Of a stretch of DNA of 17,115 nucleotides, positions 1-7,713 are shown piece after piece. Made by a program: the position numbers and the translations under genes. Location: contig JBDKSP010000087.1 of the NCBI GenBank assembly GCA_039680575.1, forward strand, positions 1 through 17,115, written 5' to 3'. Origin of the DNA: Armatimonadota bacterium (GTDB taxonomy: Bacteria; Armatimonadota; UBA5829; DTLH01). The notes beneath the pieces were generated by a model. The model had not been told where the DNA came from and searched no databases. It was given only the letters and a program-made list of their open reading frames with translations. Position 1 is the first letter of the stretch; the number at the start of each line of letters is the position of its first letter.

Positions 1-30
1 TATATTGGTTGTTGCCGAAAATCTTCCGGA

Positions 31-124
31 AGAGTTTCAGGTGTAAGTGTAAAATCAACAGATAAAGCTACATCAGAGAACTGTTTATATAACTTTTGGC
101 TGTTACTTTATCTCCTGAAACTCT
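31..124. repeat. Long imperfect inverted repeat just downstream of the Spy-like gene (possible terminator or MITE-like element)
   Basis: AGAGTTTCAGG (31-41) / CCTGAAACTCT (114-124) are perfect 11-bp arms; inner arms AGATAAAG (60-67) / CTTTATCT (106-113); ends 9 bp from the stop codon at 134. Confidence 0.6.
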
Positions 125-133
125 GTAATGATA

Positions 134-661
134 TCAGCTTTTCTTCACGGTAGATGATGCGGTATCCGATTTGGTATCGGAAGTCGATGTTCCGCTCGAA
201 GGATCGCCGCAACCGCCGGGTCCTGCCTTCAGTTTTGTAAACTGGTCAGCAGTTACTACTTCTCGTATCTGCGACCATGCATTGATGCAGGCATCCATGA
301 CCTGGGTCTGAGCGGTCACTAATTTGGCCTTTAGCTCTTCCACTGTGGCAGCATTGTATTCGGAAGCAAATACGGCATCGCACAGAGCTTTGGATGCATC
401 AGCAGACGCCTTCAGCAGCGGTTGAATTGTCTCATCGCTCGATGTCAGGACATCCTTGAGAGAGGCTGCCTGATCGGTCGTAAGCTCCAACAGCTCAGTT
501 ATGCTGTCTATCGAGTCGGCTGGCGGCGGAAGCGGAACCGACATGACTCCACCGGGCATGCATCCTCCCGGACCGCCCGGCCCGGGTTTACCCTGGCACC
601 ATACCGGGGTCACACACACGGACAGCACCAGTAATACTGCGACCAACATTGTCCTTTTCAT
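134..661 (-). CDS. Secreted Spy/CpxP/ZraP-like (LTXXQ motif) periplasmic protein, 175 aa
   Basis: Start moved to ATG at 661 (MKRTMLVAVLLVLSVCVTPVWC, signal-peptide-like) with AAGGAGG RBS at 670-676. Gly/Pro-rich linker, helical core with two LTXXQ-like motifs (LTTDQ, VTADQ), Ser/Thr-rich tail; divergent from a two-component system. Confidence 0.7.
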   Translation of the reverse strand: MKRTMLVAVLLVLSVCVTPVWCQGKPGPGGPGGCMPGGVMSVPLPPPADSIDSITELLELTTDQAASLKDVLTSSDETIQPLLKASADASKALCDAVFASEYNAATVEELKAKLVTAQTQVMDACINAWSQIREVVTADQFTKLKAGPGGCGDPSSGTSTSDTKSDTASSTVKKS

Positions 662-976
662 TTTGAATTCCTCCTTACGTGATTCCTTTTGTTTTGTGTT
701 CACGCAATTCGTGATTATTAGGAAGCCTTTCGAGCTGCAGCTTGCTTCCAGTTGCTTTTGACTCAAGTGCTTATGTCTTCGGTTCCGCTAACAGATCACA
801 TCCGCATCGCACTTCTATTTGACTTACATCACATCGTTCAGATTCGTTTGCCATAAGCTGAGTTGGATGTTAGAATTCAATGTAAGTAAAGCCTGATTAT
901 ATAGAATTAGGTGCTGTCCATAAATAGCGTGAGAAGGCTGCCATGCGCCTAATGGACAGCACATGGAATTGCAATT

Positions 977-1657
977 ATGCGTATTCTGATAGTTGATGAC
1001 GACATAGATCTGATCGAAGGGCTGCGATGGTATCTTGAGGCGGAAGGCTTCCAGATCATTACGGCTTCCGATGGCGAAGCTGCTATCGAGATCTTCAGAA
1101 AAGAGCGTCCCGATGTGGTAATACTCGATATCATGATGCCCAAGATAGACGGTATCAAGGTGTGCGAGATAATCAGCATCGAATCCGACGCGATGATAAT
1201 AATGCTCTCTGCCAGAGATAATGAGATCGACAAAGTGCGTGCCCTGAAGCTCGGCGCAGACGATTATGTAACCAAACCGTTCCACACTTCAGAACTGGTC
1301 GCACGGATACAGGCACTTGTCCGGCGTAGAAACCGCAGCCGGGTAATTGCGCCTGCATACAAGTGGAGAAACCTGGAACTATCCATGGACGAACACCGGG
1401 TAAGCATCGACGGAAAACTTGTTGAGCTCACAACGATGGAATTCGATCTCCTGGCTGCGCTTATGGGAAAACCGCAGGTCGTTTTATCAAGGGAACAGTT
1501 AGTCGAGGTCATTTGGAAGGACGATTTCTACGGTGAACACCGCCTTGTAGACAATCTTGTCTACCGTCTGCGCGACAAACTGGCTGGAGCTGGTTGCGTT
1601 GATTTTCCAATCGTAACTATAAGAGGAGTCGGATATGCCTATCGTCCCGAAGGTTAG
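977..1657 (+). CDS. OmpR/PhoB-family response regulator
   Basis: Receiver motifs ILIVDDD, LDIMMP (phospho-Asp), GADDYVTKPF; winged-helix C-terminus LTTMEFDLL...LSREQL...VTIRGVGY. Confidence 0.95.
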   Translation: MRILIVDDDIDLIEGLRWYLEAEGFQIITASDGEAAIEIFRKERPDVVILDIMMPKIDGIKVCEIISIESDAMIIMLSARDNEIDKVRALKLGADDYVTKPFHTSELVARIQALVRRRNRSRVIAPAYKWRNLELSMDEHRVSIDGKLVELTTMEFDLLAALMGKPQVVLSREQLVEVIWKDDFYGEHRLVDNLVYRLRDKLAGAGCVDFPIVTIRGVGYAYRPEG

Positions 1658-2939
1658 CATGCGCATTCATCTGGCTGTTGCAATCCTGCTTACCATGGTG
1701 CTGAGCTGGATTCTGGGCAGCGGCATATCGAACTACCTGAACTATCTGAACTTTCGCTCATTTCACCAGCAGATGATAGCGCATCCCGACATCTACCCGA
1801 AGCCGATTCCCCAGCCGAAATTCGGAATTATCGAGTTTTTTACCGGGAGACCCCCGTTTCTCAAGGATCATAATGGCCGTGAACCACAGCAAAACCAGAG
1901 CCAGGAACCAAATCATCCTGCGGGCAGCACATCCAGCCAGCGTCCGCAGCCACAGCGTCCTGACCGGGGTCCAGATTGGCCTTCTCGGGCCCAGTTTGAA
2001 GTCAGGAGCCTCATCCTCAGGTTAGCGGTTGCCCTTGGGCTTGCGGTACTGGCAGGAGCATGGCTTGGCCGCAGGTTCACGAGACCGCTTACGCAGTTAG
2101 CCGAGGGAGCCGAAGCATTCCAATCCGGCGATTTCAACTACCGTATACCGGCTAAAGGGAAAAGCGAGTTTACTGAAGTAGCCACTGCGATGAATGTAAT
2201 GGCGCAGCAGGTCTCCGACCAGATCAGTCACCTCGAAGAAGATGCCGAGCGCCGCAGACAGTTCTTGGCGGATATAGCGCATGAACTTCGGAGCCCCGTT
2301 ACCACCATGCGCACTATGGCCGGCGCGTTGCAGGATGGACTGGCTGATAAGCCGGAGCGGAGAGACCGCGCTGTGACCGCCCTGGTTGGCACATCCGAGC
2401 GGCTGCTCAGGCTTGTACAGGATTTGATGGAACTGGCCAAGCTCGACCTGGAAGACTTCCCGCTGGATATCCGGCAGGCGGACATGCGGGAGTTGATCGA
2501 ATCGGTCATCCGGTCGCATGATGACGAAGCAGCCACAGCCGGAATCGTGCTGCATCCTTTGGAGGGCACTTCATCCGTTACGGCGAGTATCGATCCCGAC
2601 CGTATAACCCAAGTCCTCAACAACGTAGTGGAAAATGCGATCAGCTACGCCGGAAAAGGCGCAGAACTGAAAATCCGGCTGGAAGGCAAAAATCCTATTA
2701 AAATCATCATCAGCGACACAGGGAAAGGCATTAAGGCAGTGGACATGCCGTACGTATTTGACCCGTTCTACCGGGCGGATGCTGCAAGAACCCCAGGCAA
2801 TTGCCACTCAGGGCTGGGCTTGAGCATCGCATGCAGGCTGGTCGAAGCTCACGGAGGACAGTTCAGTATCTCAAGCATCGAGGACAAGGGAACAACGGTC
2901 ACTATCTTAATTCCGAAGCAACCTAACCCTCCTGACTAA
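1635..2939 (+). CDS. HAMP-domain sensor histidine kinase (HisKA + HATPase_c)
   Basis: Two hydrophobic segments, HAMP (RPLTQLAEGA...EFTEVATAMN), H-box ADIAHELRSP, N-box NVVENA, DTGKG, FDPFYR, SGLGL. ATG 1635 has AGAGGAG upstream; alternative start at 1659. Confidence 0.93.
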   Translation: MPIVPKVSMRIHLAVAILLTMVLSWILGSGISNYLNYLNFRSFHQQMIAHPDIYPKPIPQPKFGIIEFFTGRPPFLKDHNGREPQQNQSQEPNHPAGSTSSQRPQPQRPDRGPDWPSRAQFEVRSLILRLAVALGLAVLAGAWLGRRFTRPLTQLAEGAEAFQSGDFNYRIPAKGKSEFTEVATAMNVMAQQVSDQISHLEEDAERRRQFLADIAHELRSPVTTMRTMAGALQDGLADKPERRDRAVTALVGTSERLLRLVQDLMELAKLDLEDFPLDIRQADMRELIESVIRSHDDEAATAGIVLHPLEGTSSVTASIDPDRITQVLNNVVENAISYAGKGAELKIRLEGKNPIKIIISDTGKGIKAVDMPYVFDPFYRADAARTPGNCHSGLGLSIACRLVEAHGGQFSISSIEDKGTTVTILIPKQPNPPD

Positions 2940-2990
2940 CACGGCGTAGCGTGCTAGTTTTTTCGATAACTCGGCGCGCCTGGTGGGACA

Positions 2991-3069
2991 CTGAATCAAG
3001 TTCAGCAAGGGTGACGTGCTGGTGCAGTGAAGAATCTCAAAATGTCGAATGGTTAAGATCCTTCACTGC
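2991..3069. repeat. REP-like palindromes downstream of the kinase gene
   Basis: CTGAA-TCAAG-TTCAG (2991-3005; 14 nt recur identically at 16804-16817) and GCAGTGAAGAATCT (3024-3037) / AGATCCTTCACTGC (3056-3069), 13/14 complementary. Confidence 0.6.
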
Positions 3070-3191
3070 TTCCTTCTCACGCTAGGACAGACAACCCCAC
3101 CCCTGCATTTTGCTTGCGTAGAGCTTGCTTCCTGCGTTACCATGCAACCGTTATTATGCAATCGTAGAGTCTGTTTTTTACCGGAGGAGAA

Positions 3192-3929
3192 ATGCAATCA
3201 CTAAAAGATAAAGTTACCATAATTACCGGAGGAGGCAGGGGAATAGGCCGGGCAACGGCAGTTCTACTTGCAGGAGAAGGCGCAAAGGTCGTTGTCACAG
3301 CACGCACCAGGGGTGAGATAGAGGAAGTCGCGAAGGAAATTAAAGGGTTCGGCGGCATGGCGTTAGCCATACAGGCCGATGTTACCATCGAAGAAGACAT
3401 CAAGCGGCTCGTCAAAGAGACCGAATCGGCTTTCGGCCCAGTCGATATACTCATAAACAACGCTGGAACACTGGCGCTTTCGCCCGTAACAGAGACCTCA
3501 ACGGAAATGTGGGACCAGATCCTTTCAGTTAACCTGAGAGCTGTATTTCTTGCCTGCCGGGAGGTGCTTCAGGGGATGATGGAACGGAAGTCCGGCAGGA
3601 TCATCAACATCGGTTCTATGGCCGGCAGGCGTGGATACGCTGAACAGGGAGCTTACTGTGCATCGAAACACGGTCTGATCGGTCTTTCCAAGGTCATGGC
3701 TCTCGAGACACAGCAGTACGGCATCAGAGTCCATGTAGTCGCGCCCGGAGGGGTGCTGACTGACCTCTCGAAGAACCTGCGGGCATCCCGGGGAGATGCA
3801 GCAAAGGACAAAGACTGGATGTCCTCTGAAGAAGTTGCTATGGGGGTGCTTTATCTGTGTACCCAGACCGGTCCCGCCATGACAGATGAGCTGGTCCTGA
3901 GACGTTATGAGAGCGACCCGTGGCGGTGA
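3192..3929 (+). CDS. Classical short-chain dehydrogenase/reductase (SDR, FabG-like fold)
   Basis: TGGGRGIG, NNAG, catalytic Ser (IGS) and YCASK (YxxxK); GGAGGAG upstream. Substrate not assignable. Confidence 0.93.
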   Translation: MQSLKDKVTIITGGGRGIGRATAVLLAGEGAKVVVTARTRGEIEEVAKEIKGFGGMALAIQADVTIEEDIKRLVKETESAFGPVDILINNAGTLALSPVTETSTEMWDQILSVNLRAVFLACREVLQGMMERKSGRIINIGSMAGRRGYAEQGAYCASKHGLIGLSKVMALETQQYGIRVHVVAPGGVLTDLSKNLRASRGDAAKDKDWMSSEEVAMGVLYLCTQTGPAMTDELVLRRYESDPWR

Positions 3930-4009
3930 GGCAGAGAACGGACACATAACCAGCCATTGATAATGCTGTATCTGTTGGCTTTACGCTTAAACTCGAACTC
4001 TCCCAGAAG

Positions 4010-4061
4010 GAGTTTTGGCTGAAACAATGTTTAATACTCGTTACATCAATTGCCAAAACTC
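4010..4061. repeat. ~52-bp mini inverted-repeat element, copy 1
   Basis: GAGTTTTGGC (4010-4019)...GCCAAAACTC (4052-4061); interior similar to copy 2. Confidence 0.75.
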
Positions 4062-4186
4062 TGGAAGAAACGCGGAAGGTGGAATTTTGAAATATCTGCA
4101 ACAAGACCCTCAAGTCTTCACCAATCCCCTTTCGCGTCTTTCGTGCTTCTTCGCGTATTCGCGATCTAAAAGCACCCCTATAAAAC

Positions 4187-4278
4187 ATCCCGTCAGGGGA
4201 GTAGGGGCGGCGCCGCCTCTCAGCCATGGGGCCTACTCGGCTGAGGACCGTCCGGACCCCCTACTCCCCAAGCGGGAT
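4187..4278. repeat. ~92-bp GC-rich palindrome (GTAGGGG...CCCCTAC, REP-like); may act as a minus-strand terminator
   Basis: ATCCCG (4187-4192)/CGGGAT (4273-4278); GGGGAGTAGGGG (4196-4207)/CCCCTACTCCCC (4258-4269); inner CTCAGCC/GGCTGAG; followed on the minus strand by GTTTTAT. Confidence 0.65.
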
Positions 4279-4436
4279 CGTCATCGCATTCTATGAGAAC
4301 CGGCTTTCGCCGGATAACCAAAAACATATGTTCTGCTAAACCAGTTGATTAACTGTGCGATAAACAACCGGATAGCGAGACCACTGCTTAATATATAACG
4401 TCGTTGACGGTTATATATTGATTATTACTAGACCGC

Positions 4437-4464
4437 ATTATACCATATCCCACTAGTTTGTCAA
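4437..4464 (-). promoter_or_regulatory. Consensus sigma70-type promoter with extended -10, pointing into the gene-less intergenic region
   Basis: Minus strand: TTGACA (4464-4459), 16-nt spacer ending TGG, TATAAT (4442-4437); AT-rich tract upstream. Confidence 0.6.
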
Positions 4465-4524
4465 TGTATTTTAAATATAATAAAAACAAAATGAAGAATG
4501 GTGCGGATAACAGGGGAGACTAAA

Positions 4525-4577
4525 GAGTTTTGGCTTGAGACGTAATGCATATTTGTTCACATCAACTGCCAAAACTC
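4525..4577. repeat. ~53-bp mini inverted-repeat element, copy 2 (abuts the phosphatase stop codon)
   Basis: GAGTTTTGGC (4525-4534)...GCCAAAACTC (4568-4577); shares ACATCAAyTGCCAAAACTC with copy 1. Confidence 0.75.
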
Positions 4578-4578
4578 A

Positions 4579-5727
4579 CTAGAAGTATACTATCTCTGTA
4601 TCCTTGCCCATGAGCTGGAGCAAGTGGATGAGACGTTCTACTACAGTTCTTCTGAGGAATATGGAATCGGGTAATCCGGTGTTTTGGTGTGCCGGGTTGC
4701 GAGCGGTACCTACTATAAACTTTATGCCGTCAGCCGTAAGCAGTTGATCGAGGAGCGCTGTGGCTGCATCTTCTCTTCCTTCCGGCTTTCCAGCCTTCAA
4801 ATACTCTGCAGCACGGCTCAAAGTGAGCATTCCCTCCGTTACGAGATCGATCCCGGCGATCTTCCCGGTCGGCGGAAGGTCTGTCTCCAGGAATCTGTCA
4901 TCAAGCTGCAGTTCCTGGTTCAGATAATCGGCTACCAGGTGGGATGTCGTGCCTCCGCAGATGATCTTCGCGCCGCTGCTCGTCAAAAACTCCCGTATCA
5001 TCTTCTGGACCTGCCCCCGTTCCATCGGCGGGCCGGTGAGCACCGTAGCAAGTCTGGCCTTTCTATACTTCGCGCAGACGACCGTTCCATCGTCACCAGG
5101 CCGTCTCGCCCAGAAGTTGAGGGCGCGCTCCGCTACCTGGTCCGCCAGTTTGAACGGGTCACTGCCGACCGATGGTACGATCTCCGAGACGTATTCGAGT
5201 ATGCCTTCTTCCTGCCACCCCATCCGAAGCCCTTCGCCTACTCCTGCATAGACTATTCCATCTGAGTAAAGCATAAGAATATCGCCGGGGAACATCTTGA
5301 AGTATGATTCACGGATCGTTTTATCGCATATTGTCCGTTCGGTGCTGATTATCGGCCTCGGAGGGATCCCCCGCCTGAGGTAGATCGTTGTCGGTGAATC
5401 GTATTCCGCAACTGTTACATGTCCGGTATCGTAAATCCGTACAATACTGAAGGTGGAGTAAGCGATATTTCTCCACTTGCATACCGGAAGGGTCGCAATC
5501 AGCGTTTCGATGATCTCATGAAGCGAAAGATCTCCCTTGAAGAGCCCCGTTGCAAGCTCGACTGTAAGAGTTGCGAGCACATTGGCCTTCACTCCGCTTC
5601 CGAGGCCGTCTGACATCACTATGACGGTCGAATCCGGGGTATGCGTCACCTTTATGGCATCACCGCATATGTCCTCGCCTTTCTTCGAAAACTGGCGAGT
5701 AGCTATATCGACTGCAAAACTCTTCAA
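4579..5727 (-). CDS. SpoIIE/PP2C-family Ser/Thr phosphatase (HfsC-like, hydrogenase-associated)
   Basis: PPM motifs ICGD, SDGLGSG, STFSI, YSDGI, DDGT; extra C-terminal domain (TGPP...ICGGTT...IDLVTEGMLTL...NPAHQ) of the kind I recognise from HydS-linked phosphatases; 4-nt overlap (TTGA) with the hydS stop, TTG start. Confidence 0.88.
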   Translation of the reverse strand: MKSFAVDIATRQFSKKGEDICGDAIKVTHTPDSTVIVMSDGLGSGVKANVLATLTVELATGLFKGDLSLHEIIETLIATLPVCKWRNIAYSTFSIVRIYDTGHVTVAEYDSPTTIYLRRGIPPRPIISTERTICDKTIRESYFKMFPGDILMLYSDGIVYAGVGEGLRMGWQEEGILEYVSEIVPSVGSDPFKLADQVAERALNFWARRPGDDGTVVCAKYRKARLATVLTGPPMERGQVQKMIREFLTSSGAKIICGGTTSHLVADYLNQELQLDDRFLETDLPPTGKIAGIDLVTEGMLTLSRAAEYLKAGKPEGREDAATALLDQLLTADGIKFIVGTARNPAHQNTGLPDSIFLRRTVVERLIHLLQLMGKDTEIVYF

Positions 5728-7460
5728 TGCTCGCTGTGTCCGCTTTCTTCGGACTCCTTCATAAGCTCCGTAAGTTTTCTAAGCAAAACCCTGGTCTCGC
5801 TTGTGGTCTCTCCCAGGATACCGGCTATCTCCTGTGCCATCAACATCTGCTTTTCGATGACTTTTTCGGCATTTTCCAGCGTCTCCTGCCGGATGTGGTC
5901 CAGCCGTGAGAGCCCTTCCGTCGATTTATCCATGCTGGAGAGGATTCCGACCACCAGGTCCTCATCCTCAAGCCGATAGACATTAAGGCAGCCGCTCACA
6001 TGGTAGTTCGGGTAAGAAACTGTCTTGTTCGTGACCCGGTCCACCGCTTTAGCGAGTACCTTTTCGAAATCGGCGGGGTCCATCAGGATGGAGAGCGGTT
6101 TTCCGACCAGTCCGGCAGTTGCCGAGAATGCCTGGGCGAATGCCGGGTTGAAATCTACAATTCTCAGGTTCTGGTCGGCGATCACTATCGCGTTAGGGCT
6201 TTCGTCGATGATCTGATCAGTCTTGCGTTCAGCCACTTTACGCATCCACGGGATACACATCGCGTGCTCCGCCATCCCCGAAAGCACCGCCACAGCGTTC
6301 TCCCTGCATGTCGAGTAACCGCAGGCTCCGCAGTTAAGCTCGTCGTCAGGCGTGTGTTTTCCAGTCCGTGCCATGACGGTTTTGATCGCTTCTTCGCTGT
6401 ATTCGGGTTGCTTTACCGGGCGTTCGCTTATCACCGATCGCAGATTGACTCCGTCCATCTCGGCAAGAATTGTCTCATCATCCAATTTGAGCTGCATTCG
6501 CTTTTCGTACTGAATGACCCGGTTTCGCCGCCGGAAAACATCGCGGGAGTTACCGAAACATGCTCCGTTTATACACCCTGCCGGACAGAAAAGCGCTTCG
6601 AACAGCCGGATCGTGCTGCCGTTTTTGATGTTTTCGAGCATCTCATGCACAGGGAAGTTACCGGACACCGCGGCGAAGTCCTGGCGCAGGAGATGGGGCT
6701 GCATCGCTGCGGCAAGCGCAAGCCCTCCCTCCAGAGGGAAGAGCCTCGCATGCGAGGCCGGAATGTCGTCCATATCGCTCGCGCGCAGTTGTTCCAGCTT
6801 GATACCATCGGACTCGATCCACGAGCGCAGTTCTTCGAACGTCAGTACCACATCTATTGCCCCGGCAAGGTCGGGAAGTTCGGCTTCCGCCTTTTTTGCA
6901 GGACACGGAGCAATGAATACGATCTTCGCGTCAGGGTATTTTTTCTTAAGATACCTGCCGTGCGCTATCATCGGGGATACGACCGGAGTAATTTGCCCTA
7001 CAGCCCAGGTATAGTACTTCGTAATCAGGCTGACAAGGGCAGGACATGCCGACGAGACATGCGTTTGCGGCTCTTCCTCGACGAGCTTTGCAGTCTCTCT
7101 CGCGACCATTTCAGCTCCGACTGCCGTTTCGGTCACCATGTCGAACCCCAACCCCTTGAGGAGCGCGGGGAAAAGCCCGCCTCCATATTCAGGGAAGGCG
7201 GCTACATATGAAGGAGCGACGGACGCGATAACGCGCCCGTCGCCTTTTATTATCTCTATTACCTTTTTCAGGTCGCTGCGGACCTGCTTGGCGCGCTGAG
7301 GGCACTCCCTCACGCACGTGCCGCAGACAATACAACGCTCCGCATCAACCTGGGCCTGCCCATCCGATATTCGGATCGCTTTGACGGGACACACCCGAAC
7401 GCAGCGATAACAGTCCCTGCATCTTGCCTTAATGGTCGATATTATCCCTTGAGTCGACAT
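5724..7460 (-). CDS. hydS: Sensory (group C) [FeFe]-hydrogenase with Fe-S and PAS domains (HydS/HfsB-like)
   Basis: N-terminal 2x[4Fe-4S] (CRDCYRCVRVCP, CIVCGTCVRECP); variant H-cluster motifs SSACP, APCPAKKAE, EALFCPAGCING; extra Fe-S motif NCGACGYSTC...C; PAS-like IIDESPNAIVIAD...FNPAF; C-terminal coil KQMLMAQEIAGILGETT. Confidence 0.88.
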   Translation of the reverse strand: MSTQGIISTIKARCRDCYRCVRVCPVKAIRISDGQAQVDAERCIVCGTCVRECPQRAKQVRSDLKKVIEIIKGDGRVIASVAPSYVAAFPEYGGGLFPALLKGLGFDMVTETAVGAEMVARETAKLVEEEPQTHVSSACPALVSLITKYYTWAVGQITPVVSPMIAHGRYLKKKYPDAKIVFIAPCPAKKAEAELPDLAGAIDVVLTFEELRSWIESDGIKLEQLRASDMDDIPASHARLFPLEGGLALAAAMQPHLLRQDFAAVSGNFPVHEMLENIKNGSTIRLFEALFCPAGCINGACFGNSRDVFRRRNRVIQYEKRMQLKLDDETILAEMDGVNLRSVISERPVKQPEYSEEAIKTVMARTGKHTPDDELNCGACGYSTCRENAVAVLSGMAEHAMCIPWMRKVAERKTDQIIDESPNAIVIADQNLRIVDFNPAFAQAFSATAGLVGKPLSILMDPADFEKVLAKAVDRVTNKTVSYPNYHVSGCLNVYRLEDEDLVVGILSSMDKSTEGLSRLDHIRQETLENAEKVIEKQMLMAQEIAGILGETTSETRVLLRKLTELMKESEESGHSEH

Positions 7461-7710
7461 CGGGTTTCACCTTCGGTAGAACGCATTTAATGAAGAAATC
7501 CTCAGCTTTGTCCGGCGTTATGCCGCCAAAGATGGCTCCATCTACTATTACGTTCGGCGCCTGCATACAGTTCTCCAGGCATAAGTCTGCCTCCAGATCC
7601 ACCTGATCGGCAAGGCCATGGGCTTCGATAAGCGATTTGAACACTTTGAGTGTTTTCGCTCCACCACGTATATGGCAGGAACTCCCAACGCAGACCTTTA
7701 ATTCAAGCAC
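7429..7710 (-). CDS. Thioredoxin-like [2Fe-2S] ferredoxin (HfsA-like), 93 aa
   Basis: CVGSSC...CLENC motif (Cx4C...Cx3C); GTG start with GGAGG upstream; overlaps the hydS start by 32 nt. Confidence 0.85.
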   Translation of the reverse strand: MLELKVCVGSSCHIRGGAKTLKVFKSLIEAHGLADQVDLEADLCLENCMQAPNVIVDGAIFGGITPDKAEDFFIKCVLPKVKPDVDSRDNIDH

Positions 7711-7713
7711 AGG

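Noticed and set aside
3838..4296. ORFs 3838-4227 (-) and 4015-4296 (+) in the intergenic region
   Set aside because: They run through repeats and palindromes, lack convincing ribosome-binding sites or domains, and one overlaps the SDR 3' end.
4290..4325. c-di-GMP-I riboswitch resemblance of the CCGGC-GAAA-GCCGG hairpin
   Set aside because: The flanking conserved GGCAAAC and GACGCAAAGC elements are absent.
4010..4577. CRISPR array or integron attC interpretation of the repeated hairpins
   Set aside because: Only two copies about 460 bp apart, no regular spacers, no RYYYAAC/GTTRRRY ends, and no cas or intI gene in the window.
6000..7211. 403-aa plus-strand ORF
   Set aside because: Entirely antisense to hydS with no recognisable motifs; a shadow ORF.
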